Shown here: in pieces, positions 9,922 through 19,220 of the stretch | How positions within the stretch are numbered: position 1 is the stretch's first letter | Layout of the letters: each line of letters starts with the position of its first letter | Assembly: GCA_049322915.1 (NCBI GenBank) | Contig: JBMOPW010000014.1 | Coordinates: forward strand, 922,774-986,773 | Direction of reading: 5' to 3' | Length of the DNA: 64,000 nucleotides | Source of the DNA: Candidatus Zhuqueibacterota bacterium | Lineage (GTDB): Bacteria > Zhuqueibacterota > Zhuqueibacteria > Thermofontimicrobiales > Thermofontimicrobiaceae | Translations under genes and position numbers: made by a program | The notes under the pieces: generated by a model | Database searches by the model: none | Told to the model about the DNA's origin: nothing | Seen by the model: only the letters and a program-made list of their open reading frames with translations

Positions 9922-11025
9922 TCAGCGCGTGTATCGGCCAAATTTGTCCACCAACTCTCTCACCCGCCGGATGCGGTATTCCAGCCCATCCGGGGGCACC
10001 TGGTCGGCGACGCCCAGCACGTAGCGCGGTGCGCTTCGCTGCACATCGAGCGCATGTCTGATGAATCGCTCGAATTCATCATCGCTGATGAGCGGTGTGA
10101 AATAGCTGCCGGGAATGCCACCCCACAAAATGGTGCCGGGATTGTTCGCCAGCGCAGCCCAATCGTCAATGGGCGCATCGCCCACCGGGGCCGGCGTCAT
10201 GGCTTCGATGACGGAAACGCCGGTGGACGATTCCTGTCGCAGCAGCCCTTTGAGCGTGCCATCCATGTGGATGAAAGAAGATTTTCCGGCGGCATGGATT
10301 TTCTCAATCCATTCCTGTTGATAGGCGCGCATGAATTTTTCGAAGAAATTTGGCCCGACCATTTCTGCGGAGAGATTCTCCGGAATCATGAGCGCCTCGG
10401 CCGGGCTGTCCACGGCAATTTGCGCGGCCTGATCGAAGCTCTGTTTCATCACCGCTAATGTTTCGGCGAATTCATCAGGCGCATTCATCGCTGAAAAGGT
10501 GACAGATTCAATGCCGGCCTCCAGCGCCACAAGCTGCATGAATGGGCTTTTGGGCAGGTAGCAGAGCAGAATGCCCTGGTCGCCGATCTGCTCCATCCGT
10601 TGGTAACAGAAGTCATAATCGGCCTGCCATCGGGTATGTTCATACACAAAACGAAGGGCGGCGAGGTCGCGCTCCGATTTGACGAGATGCTCCACCGGCG
10701 CCTCGGTGTACGATGTGGGAATGTATGCCCAGCATTCCTGCAGTGAGCCGACCGGAGTGATGATCGTGCGATACTTGCGATTGCCCACCTGCCAAATTTT
10801 CTCTTCGAAATCGAACAGCGGTCGGAATGGGAAATGCCCCTGTAAATAAAAACCGACGCCTAATTCGGTGTGCCACTTAATGTAGTCCGGCGACTGCTTG
10901 AAGTCCGCCGGCCGTTCCTTTTTCGTGATCAAAGCGGTGGCCAGATAATCCAGGTCGCCGAACCACGGGACGCGGTCCGGTTGCTGTCCGTTCAAAATAG
11001 TGAGTATTTGTTCCCGAGGGGTCAT
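9922..11025 (-). CDS. Uroporphyrinogen decarboxylase/MtaA-CmuA superfamily protein
   Basis: 'MTPREQI...GQQPDRVPW' N-terminus, 'TPVGSL', 'IHMDG', 'LWGGIP', 'LGVADQVPP'; 367 aa. Confidence 0.85.
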   Translation of the reverse strand: MTPREQILTILNGQQPDRVPWFGDLDYLATALITKKERPADFKQSPDYIKWHTELGVGFYLQGHFPFRPLFDFEEKIWQVGNRKYRTIITPVGSLQECWAYIPTSYTEAPVEHLVKSERDLAALRFVYEHTRWQADYDFCYQRMEQIGDQGILLCYLPKSPFMQLVALEAGIESVTFSAMNAPDEFAETLAVMKQSFDQAAQIAVDSPAEALMIPENLSAEMVGPNFFEKFMRAYQQEWIEKIHAAGKSSFIHMDGTLKGLLRQESSTGVSVIEAMTPAPVGDAPIDDWAALANNPGTILWGGIPGSYFTPLISDDEFERFIRHALDVQRSAPRYVLGVADQVPPDGLEYRIRRVRELVDKFGRYTR

Positions 11026-11121
11026 TCGATTTTTCCCTTTCAGATGGGATTGAACCGCCCACCTTTTAGTATCTGACGCATATTATTCAGACTATTTTTT
11101 GGCAGAAAATTCTATCGAAAA

Positions 11122-11279
11122 CTGATGACGCTGATGATCCGCCAAAAGGGTGGCGGAAGTTCCGCAGAGATCATGACAAAGGCAGATGCGTCCTTCGGCG
11201 CATTTACACTGATTAAGAATCCGTGAAGATCAGCGCGGAACGTCCGCCGATTTTTTAGGAGGATCATCCGCGTAATCAG
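11122..11279. repeat. Nested intergenic palindromic element
   Basis: CTGATGACGCTGATGATCC (11122-11140) pairs with GGATCATCCGCGTAATCAG (11261-11279) at 17/19; inner hairpin TCCGCCA-AAAGGG-TGGCGGA (11138-11157). Confidence 0.6.
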
Positions 11280-11399
11280 CGTTCTATTTCTTTTTTAGTT
11301 CCGGCGTGTCCAGGTCAGGGTTTGAATGAAGATTTTTCACAATGTCGTGCGTGAATGCCGGCTTCAACGACCATTACTTTCGCGCATGGAAATGACCGA

Positions 11400-12470
11400 C
11401 TATCGACCTGCGCTGCCGGCAGCGTCAGTCTCACGAATTTTCTGCGCAGCCTCGATCATGGCTAAATAGCCCTGTACCGGGACATAGTCCGGGATGGAGT
11501 TGCCGGAGCCCAGCGCGAATCCTTTCGCCATGTTCCGAAATTTCCGTCCCTGGCTAACGACCTTTTCGAACACGACCTCGGGTTTGTCGAGGCAGAGCAC
11601 ATCCAGGTCGATACCGCCGAGGAAACCGATACTGTCGTTGTAGCGATTGATCCAGACATCGAATGGCGCGATGGCGTCTTCGTTGGAATGCTTGGCATCG
11701 ATGCCGATGGCGATGACATCGTCCATGATTTCAAAGATGTTCCCGCACGAGTGCCAGAGAAACGGGAAACCGGCGCGATGTACGAGGTTCACAACGCGGC
11801 GGTACTGGGGGATGATGTGCCCGCGAATCGTGGCCGGCGCCAGCAGCGTGCTGGTCTTGAATCCCAGGTCGTCTCCAAAGCGGCAGGCGACGAACCCATC
11901 GCAGTGGCGGGCTAAAAATTCCTCCCAGATAGTCGTCATCAAATCCCCGGTCTTTTTGTAAATGTCGCCAAACAGGAGGGGATCCTCCGCCATCATGTAG
12001 GCCAGATATTCGAATCCGACCAGGTCTTCGCTGATTTCAAAGACGCCGTTTCCGATGCCGCCGACCGCTTTCATGCCGGGAGGCAAGGCCTCGACGAGCG
12101 CGCGAAATTGCTTCTCCGCAACGGCCCAGAAACGCCGGGGAATTTCATCCCAGGGGTATTTTTCAAAGTCGGCGCGCGACTGAATTGGCCCGGGCTTCCC
12201 GCCCATGATGGCGCCGTTGTCCGGCAGAAATGAGGTGATGCAGATTTCGAACGATACGACGTCGTAGGTCATGTCCCTGAAGAAGCGGCAATACTGGCGG
12301 AAGAATTCGTTGACATCGGCATCATCGCCCCCGGCTAAATCGGCAAACCGAATATTCAAAATTTTTTCCATGATGCCCGGGCTGATGAGGTGCTCGTAGA
12401 TTGGCAGCCGCGCCGGCCGTTTGTTGGTGACTACATCCAGAAAATGCTGATAGTTCGGGGTGAATTCCAT
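11400..12470 (-). CDS. Uroporphyrinogen decarboxylase/MtaA-CmuA superfamily protein
   Basis: 'GPIQSRADFEKYPW', 'GDDLGFKTS', 'LWHSCGN', 'GGIDLDVL', 'LGSGNSIPDYVP'; 356 aa; GGAGAGG RBS. Confidence 0.88.
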   Translation of the reverse strand: MEFTPNYQHFLDVVTNKRPARLPIYEHLISPGIMEKILNIRFADLAGGDDADVNEFFRQYCRFFRDMTYDVVSFEICITSFLPDNGAIMGGKPGPIQSRADFEKYPWDEIPRRFWAVAEKQFRALVEALPPGMKAVGGIGNGVFEISEDLVGFEYLAYMMAEDPLLFGDIYKKTGDLMTTIWEEFLARHCDGFVACRFGDDLGFKTSTLLAPATIRGHIIPQYRRVVNLVHRAGFPFLWHSCGNIFEIMDDVIAIGIDAKHSNEDAIAPFDVWINRYNDSIGFLGGIDLDVLCLDKPEVVFEKVVSQGRKFRNMAKGFALGSGNSIPDYVPVQGYLAMIEAAQKIRETDAAGSAGR

Positions 12471-12512
12471 GAACGTCGCTCCTCTCCGGGAAAATTATTG
12501 AGGTCTCTTATC

Positions 12513-12802
12513 CTACTCAGGTTGGCTGGTTCAGAGTTCAGGGTTAGAATCATTTCATTTGTATATTTTGTAAATGAATATTCGTAACTGTTCTGCCACC
12601 AAGTCTCAAAGGCACGAAGAAAAAGATACATCTAACCTGAATCATTCATGAACTTGCTCAGAATTTGAGTCAACATTCAGATTTTCAATTAGCTAAAGGC
12701 TAAGCTATTTTGAAACTCAGTTTTTATACGGTTATTCTAAAAAGAGCACCATTCAGGTTAGCCAGCCTCCTCTAAAAATACTATGAATAATGCAGGCTAA
12801 AT
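12513..12802. repeat. Right arm of ~300-bp composite inverted repeat (contains MITE-A copy 2, 12633-12799)
   Basis: Reverse complement of 9621-9919 with scattered substitutions and small indels. Confidence 0.9.
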
Positions 12803-12927
12803 CACAAATAATGAGTCATTCGGCATTTGAAGAATGGTACTTAACAAATTCATTTTAGAATCATAGGCGATATATCTGTAGCCGATCGCTGGCAACTCTC
12901 CTCCGGTCGGACGCCTTTATGGACATT

Positions 12928-12967
12928 AAAAAAGCCTCCTGGTGATTGGGAAATTCACAAGGAGGCT
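12928..12967 (-). terminator. Intrinsic terminator of the redoxin gene
   Basis: Minus strand AGCCTCCT...AGGAGGCT stem followed by TTTTTT. Confidence 0.7.
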
Positions 12968-13009
12968 GATATGTTTTGTTACACGTAAGCCATGTTCACG
13001 TTGCAGTCC

Positions 13010-14896
13010 TTATTTCACCATCTCGATCATCAGGCTCAGTTCTTCCACGAGTTTGTTGGCGTCGCCGCCGAATCCGACACTCTTGAATCGGATGTTGCCA
13101 TTTTTATCGACGACGAACTTGGTGGGAATTCCATCCACGCCGTAGGCAGTGACCACTTCGCTTTTCAGGTCCATCACAACGCGGAACGAGTATTTTTTAT
13201 CCTGGATGAATTTGGCCACATTCTGTTTCACGTTGTCGCCGCGTTCCCAGGTATTGACGAACAGGAATTGGACGGTGTCGTCGCCTTTGAATTTATCCAC
13301 AGCGGTTTGCATCCCGGGGAATGAAGACACGCAGGGTCCGCACCACGTAGCCCAGAAATCGAGGATCACGGTTTTGCCTTTCAAATCCTGCAGCGATACG
13401 GTCTGGCCGTTCAGGTCTTCCAGCGAGAATTGCGGCGCCGGCTTGCTCATCATCTCTTTTTCCAGATCGTTCTTCAGTTTGTTGACGCCCTCTTCGTTCA
13501 CCGCTGAAAAAGCCTGATCCAATCCCTCTTCTGAGCCTTTCCATCCGGTGTACGCCTTTTTGAACATCGCTTCCAGAGCCGCTGATCCTTTGCCTTCTTT
13601 CAGCAAGCCTTCGACAAAATGGAACGCATTTTCATGGTGGCCAAGATCCATCAATGCGGAGGTATAGCGTTCGTTCACATCGGAGTTGGTCTTCTCGGTC
13701 ATCTGAATTGCTTCTTCGAAAAGTGGGATCGATTCTTTCACCTGTCCCAGTTTGTAGAGCGCTGTGGCATAGGTGTCGAGAATAAAACCCAGAGGCATTT
13801 TGGCATCTTGCTGCCATTCGCGTTCAGTATAATATTTGGGCCGCGGCTCGGTGGGGGAAGCCAGTTCAGCGCGGGCCAACTCTGTCCCTGTCCTGGCAAA
13901 ATTCGCGGCAGTTTCCAGGTTGATCCCGTTCTCAACCAATTCCCAGGCAACGGTATTATATTGCATCGAGGTCGGTTTGGCGACCGAGGTTTTGAGGAAT
14001 TCCACAGCCTCGTCATACTTCTTCTCGCGGATATAGGCCGCGATGACATAGGACCCCATCGAACCGATTCGTTCGTGCTGCGGGAAATCCCGCTGGAAAT
14101 TCTGGAAGAGCTGCAGGGTGGTATTCAACGGATTGCTGCGATTGTAAAATTCCATCATCCTTTCGGATTGCGCAAATTCACCCGCAGGCTCCTGCTTCAG
14201 AATCTCGTCTTTGATCTGTTTCGCTTTATCGGCCGCCTGAAGTCGGGTGTACCACGTCGCCAGCAGGGCTTTGTCCTTCATGGTCAGATCCGGTGTTGCG
14301 GCCAGAGCGTCTAACTCCGCCAGCACTTTGGCATTGCCATTTTCTTTATCGTTCCGAAGCAGCAGATTCCAGCCCAGGTCCCGATACTTTTCTTTCGATT
14401 CCGGATAGGATTTGAGCTCGTTATCAAATTCTTCGGCGGCGCGCATCACATCGCGCTTCAGGCGCAGCACGTAACCGCCGTAAAGGAACAGGTTCGACAA
14501 GGCAGCCTGGCTGCCCTGAACGTATGTGCCATCGCTTGTGTACAGCATTATTTTGTAGCCCTGACCATCGTTGTCGTCGGCAGTTTCGCCGGAGACAAAT
14601 TTGGCAACAACCAGACGGGCGCTGCTGTCCGGCGTAAACGAACCGATCCACCCCATGCCTTTTTTCGTCATGGGAATTTCAGTGACAGCGGGCACCACGT
14701 CATCGCTGAAAGAGTAGGCCAGCAACGTCACGTCAGCGGATTGTTCCAGCGGGGTCGCGGTTGGATTGTAACGAACAGTCAGTTCTTTCGCTGGCTGAGG
14801 ATTTATTGGCGAGGTGCTGAATTTTTCTTTGAATTCATTCGAACATCCAGCGACAAAGATAAATAGGGTAGCCAGATAAATAATTGCCTTTTTCAA
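13010..14896 (-). CDS. Lipoprotein with TPR region and C-terminal TlpA/ResA-like thioredoxin (redoxin) domain
   Basis: Lipobox 'VAGC', helical TPR-like repeats, 'APQFSLEDLNG..LDFWATWCGPC', 'GIPTKFVVD'; TTG start after GGAGG. Confidence 0.88.
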   Translation of the reverse strand: MKKAIIYLATLFIFVAGCSNEFKEKFSTSPINPQPAKELTVRYNPTATPLEQSADVTLLAYSFSDDVVPAVTEIPMTKKGMGWIGSFTPDSSARLVVAKFVSGETADDNDGQGYKIMLYTSDGTYVQGSQAALSNLFLYGGYVLRLKRDVMRAAEEFDNELKSYPESKEKYRDLGWNLLLRNDKENGNAKVLAELDALAATPDLTMKDKALLATWYTRLQAADKAKQIKDEILKQEPAGEFAQSERMMEFYNRSNPLNTTLQLFQNFQRDFPQHERIGSMGSYVIAAYIREKKYDEAVEFLKTSVAKPTSMQYNTVAWELVENGINLETAANFARTGTELARAELASPTEPRPKYYTEREWQQDAKMPLGFILDTYATALYKLGQVKESIPLFEEAIQMTEKTNSDVNERYTSALMDLGHHENAFHFVEGLLKEGKGSAALEAMFKKAYTGWKGSEEGLDQAFSAVNEEGVNKLKNDLEKEMMSKPAPQFSLEDLNGQTVSLQDLKGKTVILDFWATWCGPCVSSFPGMQTAVDKFKGDDTVQFLFVNTWERGDNVKQNVAKFIQDKKYSFRVVMDLKSEVVTAYGVDGIPTKFVVDKNGNIRFKSVGFGGDANKLVEELSLMIEMVK

Positions 14897-15303
14897 ATTA
14901 ACCTCCTTAATTGGTTAAGTAACAGTTTTTTAATCGACGAAATATACGTCATTCGCGATAACAATGCAACTCTTTTTTTGACGGGCAAATAAAAAGATTG
15001 ATTTTTTATTTTGAATTCGATATTTTCTTTCTGTGTCAGTTTCACTGAATTTCTTCCAGCGTTTCACACGATAGCTACCCATTCGAATGGGTGAAAAAGG
15101 GCGATCCGGGCTCACTGGTGTTGGCTAATATCGATGATGCAATCCGTTGAAGGAAACGATTGCCTCATCTTTGAACTAATGCACGATTCCCCTGCTGATG
15201 GAACAGCCCGTCATTCAAAGCGGCAAGCGTCGAAAATGCGGCCCGGGTGAGTGATCGGTCGCAGCACGCGTTTCACGCCCCGGCGAGGGGTCAGAAAAAA
15301 AAT

Positions 15304-17112
15304 ATGAACACGAATATCCCCAAAGATAAAATCGCTCAGGTGCGCGAAGCATCCAACATCGTCGATGTGATTTCCAATTATTTGACGTTGAAGAGATCCG
15401 GGAAAAGCTTTGTGGGACTGTGCCCGTTTCACACCGATTCCGCGCCGTCGTTCAATGTCAATCCCAATACCCAGATGTTCTATTGTTTTGGCTGCCATAA
15501 AGGCGGGGATGTGTTCAATTTTCTCATGGAGATTGAGAAGATATCCTTCGTGGAAGCCGTGGAAGTTTTGGCGCAGAAGGCCGGCATCTCCCTGCCGCGG
15601 ACCGATTCCGACGACCATCTCGAAAAAGAGAAAGAGGCGCTGTATTATGTCAATCGCTGGGCGGCCAATCTGTTTTACAAAAATCTGCTGTCCCCGGCCG
15701 GCAAGGAGGCGCAGCGCTACATCGAGCACCGCGGCATCAATCGCGAGATGATCAAAACGTTCGGGCTGGGCTATTCCCTGCCACTGTGGGACGGGCTGCT
15801 CCGGCAGGCAAAAGTGGATTCTGTCTCTCCGGACGTGCTGTTCAAAGCCGGGCTGGTGATAAAAAGACCGAACGGCGGTTATTACGACCGCTTCCGCGGC
15901 CGCTTCATGATTCCCATCCTGAACCTGTATAAAAAAGTGATCGGCTTCGGCGGCAGGAAAATGATCGACGACGATACGCCGAAATATATCAATTCACCGG
16001 AGACGGCGATTTATCAGAAGGGACAGATTTTATTCGGGCTGTACCAGAGCCGGGAGGAAATCCGCAAGCGCGATCAGGTCATTTTTGTGGAAGGCTACAC
16101 CGACCTGATCAGTCTGTACCAGGCCGGCGTTCGGAACGTGGTGGCCACATCCGGCACGGCGCTGACGCCCAATCAGGTCCGGCTCATTCGCCGCTTCACC
16201 CAGAATGCAGTGCTCTTTTTCGATGCGGACGCTGCCGGCATTATGGCCGCCATTCGCGGGGCCGAGATTTTCCTCGACGAGAACGTGGAAATCAAAATCG
16301 CCACGCTGCCTGCCGGCGAAGACCCGGATAGCTTCATTCGGAAGCACGATGCGGATAGTTTTTACAAAATTCTGGCAGCGGCCCAGTCGCTCATCTTCTT
16401 CAAACAAAAAATACTGGAGCAGCGTACAGAGCATTCGACTACTGCCGGCAAAACCCAGATCATCAATTCGCTGCTGGAATCGGCAGTGCGGATTAAGGAC
16501 AGCATCAAACAGAATCTGGCCATCAAAGAAATTGCCGAAGCCTATGGCGTGGACGAACGCGCCATCATGAACCGGGTGCCCTCGATCCGGACCAGCAGCG
16601 CGCCATCCGCGACATCAGTCGCCCAGGAGAAAGCCAAAAAACCGTCCACCCCGACAAAGCCCAAGGATCGCTATGACCGCGCCGAAGAGGACCTGGTGCG
16701 GTTGATCCTGGAAAATGCGGCTCTTTTTCCTGCCGTCATGGGATCGCTGGAAGATGATGACATGGTCGATCCCCAGCTCAGGCAGATTTTGAAAATAGCC
16801 GACCAGGTGCATCAGGCGCACTCCGGCGTGAATCGCCGGAAAATAATGGATCGGGTGACCGACCCGGATTTGTCCGCGCGGCTCGCCCAGCTTTTATCGA
16901 CGCAATTCAGCGAGACCACGGACAGGGACAAGCTGTTATCGGATTGCATTGTCTCGGTGAAGAAGCGAAAGTTGAAATCGCGCCTCTCCAATCTCTCCCG
17001 CGAAATCAAACTGGCGCAGGAAAGAGGTCTGGATGTGACCGACTATATCCAAAAATACCGGGAATGCCAGCAGGAGCTTTTGCAGATAGAATCAAAGACG
17101 TTCGGGGAATGA
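15304..17112 (+). CDS. dnaG: DNA primase
   Basis: Zinc finger 'CPFH...YCFGC', 'YDRFRGR', 'KYINSPET', TOPRIM 'VEGYTD' and 'FDADAAG', 'DPD'; start placed at ATG 15304. Confidence 0.97.
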   Translation: MNTNIPKDKIAQVREASNIVDVISNYLTLKRSGKSFVGLCPFHTDSAPSFNVNPNTQMFYCFGCHKGGDVFNFLMEIEKISFVEAVEVLAQKAGISLPRTDSDDHLEKEKEALYYVNRWAANLFYKNLLSPAGKEAQRYIEHRGINREMIKTFGLGYSLPLWDGLLRQAKVDSVSPDVLFKAGLVIKRPNGGYYDRFRGRFMIPILNLYKKVIGFGGRKMIDDDTPKYINSPETAIYQKGQILFGLYQSREEIRKRDQVIFVEGYTDLISLYQAGVRNVVATSGTALTPNQVRLIRRFTQNAVLFFDADAAGIMAAIRGAEIFLDENVEIKIATLPAGEDPDSFIRKHDADSFYKILAAAQSLIFFKQKILEQRTEHSTTAGKTQIINSLLESAVRIKDSIKQNLAIKEIAEAYGVDERAIMNRVPSIRTSSAPSATSVAQEKAKKPSTPTKPKDRYDRAEEDLVRLILENAALFPAVMGSLEDDDMVDPQLRQILKIADQVHQAHSGVNRRKIMDRVTDPDLSARLAQLLSTQFSETTDRDKLLSDCIVSVKKRKLKSRLSNLSREIKLAQERGLDVTDYIQKYRECQQELLQIESKTFGE

Positions 17113-17407
17113 GGCGAATGCCTGTTTCACAGAGGGGCTTTCAATTTTTTTGGAGAATGGATCGCACAGGATATTCACCCACCGCAGGCAACGGCCGGGA
17201 CGCATGTCCCGGAATGGGCGCACCGCTCGGGATGAATAACAGGAACGTTCGGGATAACTTTAGAGAAACAACGTGAACGCGATAATTTCTTGCTGCTGCT
17301 CATGTCTTTTTCCTTAACTTTAAGAATTCTATCCTCTCCTGAAAGCCAATTAAAACCCCACTGCCGCCCCGGGCCGGCGCTTCCAGCCCGGGGCTTGGCG
17401 TTCTTGC

Positions 17408-18601
17408 TCAGGATATTTTATTCAGTGCGCTGTCCAGTTCTTCAATTAAATCGCGGTAGTCTTCGCAGCCCACGGAGAGCCGCACCAGTTCATCGGTGAT
17501 GTGGGCTTTGTCCTTTTCCTCGCGGGACATGGCCGAATGGGTCATGGACGCCGGATGCTGGATGAGCGATTCGATCCCGCCGAGGGACACGGCCAGCGTG
17601 ATTAAATGGGTGTTATTCATGACGACCTTTCCGCCTTCAAATCCGCCTTTCACGCCGAAGCTGATCATGGAACCAAAGCCGTCCATCTGCTTTTTGGCCA
17701 GTTCGTGCTGGGGATGATCCGGCAGGCCGGGGTAGTTGATCCATTCCACCTTGGGGTGATCGTGCAGGAATTGAGCGATCTTCATGGCGTTCTCCTGGCT
17801 TTTTTCAACGCGCAGCGCCAGGGTGCGAACGCCTCGCAGGACAAGCCACGCCTGATGGGGATCCATGGTCCCGCCCATATAGAACAACACCTTTTGGATG
17901 CGTTTGAACAGGTCCTCATTGCCGGGGATGATGATGCCGCCGACAATATCGGAATGGCCGTTGAGGAATTTGGTCAGACTGTGAAACACAACGTCCGCGC
18001 CCAATTGCAGCGGGCGCTGCAGGTAGGGACTGCAGAACGTGTTGTCCACAACAAACGTGATATTGTGCTTTTTGGCCAACGCCGAACAGGCGCGTATGTC
18101 GGTCAGGGCGATGGTCGGATTGGCCGGGGATTCGACCATCAGTAATTTGGTGTTGGGCTGAATCGCTCGTTCGATATTGGAGATATCCGACGTATTGACG
18201 AAACTGGCCTGAACCCCGAATCGGGAGAAGTCGCGTTCCAGCACCACGCGCGAAGGCCCGTACACGGCGTCCGAGCTGATGACGTGGGCGTCTTTGCCGA
18301 GGAAGGTCATGTACAGGGTGGTCACTGCGGCCATGCCCGATGCGGTGCCCAGCCCGCCGAATCCATTTTCCAATTCCGCGATGCAATCCTCCATCGCTCG
18401 AATGGTGGGATTGCCCATGCGGGTGTAAATATAGCCTTTGGATTTGCCGGAAAATCGATCGGCGCCATCATCCGCGCTCTTGAAAGAAAAAGTGGACGAC
18501 TGATAGATGGGGACAGAGACCTCTCCAAATAAATTCAATTCGTCATTCAGACCACCGTGAATTGCTTTTGTCGCTAAACGATACCCATTTTTTTTATGCA
18601 T
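17408..18601 (-). CDS. Methionine gamma-lyase-like PLP enzyme (Cys/Met metabolism family)
   Basis: 'PIYQSSTF', 'YTRMGNPT', 'ASGMAA', 'DNTF', 'HSLTKFLNGHSD', 'AVSLGGIESL', 'RLSVGCED'. Confidence 0.9.
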   Translation of the reverse strand: MHKKNGYRLATKAIHGGLNDELNLFGEVSVPIYQSSTFSFKSADDGADRFSGKSKGYIYTRMGNPTIRAMEDCIAELENGFGGLGTASGMAAVTTLYMTFLGKDAHVISSDAVYGPSRVVLERDFSRFGVQASFVNTSDISNIERAIQPNTKLLMVESPANPTIALTDIRACSALAKKHNITFVVDNTFCSPYLQRPLQLGADVVFHSLTKFLNGHSDIVGGIIIPGNEDLFKRIQKVLFYMGGTMDPHQAWLVLRGVRTLALRVEKSQENAMKIAQFLHDHPKVEWINYPGLPDHPQHELAKKQMDGFGSMISFGVKGGFEGGKVVMNNTHLITLAVSLGGIESLIQHPASMTHSAMSREEKDKAHITDELVRLSVGCEDYRDLIEELDSALNKIS

Positions 18602-18884
18602 AATTTTGACCTCAACTTTGGTGCGTTCGTAACTGCAACTGATTGGCTGACGTTTGTGTATCTATCGCTAACTGTTCCTTGACAGGGATAAACTTTTCCC
18701 GTGCGACCTGCTGTGAAAAAAGCGGTCTCAGTTTCATTCAAATGAAAAGCCGCGCCGCTCCCTCCCGGGCGACTTGCAGCCGGCCGGAAGAGCGATGATC
18801 GCGGAGAAGCGCAGCAGCTTCAAGGCGGTTCATCGGTGCGCAATGCGGCTGAGCGAAAAATCGGTTCGAATCGGCCGGGCTAAA

Positions 18885-19205
18885 TTAATCGCCGCGCGTC
18901 ACAATATCTTTGGGCTCGACCAGCATGACAACGGTCTCGCCTTTGGACTCTGTCTGATGCACGATCCCTTTTTTGACGACATAGCCTTCGCCTTCTTCCA
19001 GAGTGATGCGCGTGTCTTCCAGGTTGATGATCAGTTGGCCTTTCAGGATGATGAACAATTCATCCTGATTTTGATGTTTATGCCAGTGGTATTTTCCTTT
19101 GATTTTCACCAGCCGCACGATGGTGCTGTTGACTTTGAAAATGTCGAGTGGCAACCAGGGTTCTTTAAGCAGGGAAATCATTTTGTCAATGACGACTTTG
19201 TCCAT
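18885..19205 (-). CDS. Cupin-domain protein
   Basis: 'WHKHQNQDELF', 'GEGYVVKKGIVH' cupin motifs; GAGGAGG RBS. Confidence 0.88.
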   Translation of the reverse strand: MDKVVIDKMISLLKEPWLPLDIFKVNSTIVRLVKIKGKYHWHKHQNQDELFIILKGQLIINLEDTRITLEEGEGYVVKKGIVHQTESKGETVVMLVEPKDIVTRGD

Positions 19206-19220
19206 ACATGCCTCCTCTTT

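Noticed and set aside
9922..12470. hemE (true uroporphyrinogen decarboxylase)
   Set aside because: Both proteins lack the HemE 'RQAGR' N-terminal motif and no hem genes are nearby.
18602..18880. SAM riboswitch upstream of the methionine gamma-lyase-like gene
   Set aside because: SAM-I core motifs (ATC..GAG, GCAACC, GTGC.AA, GATG) were not found in the correct order on the minus strand.
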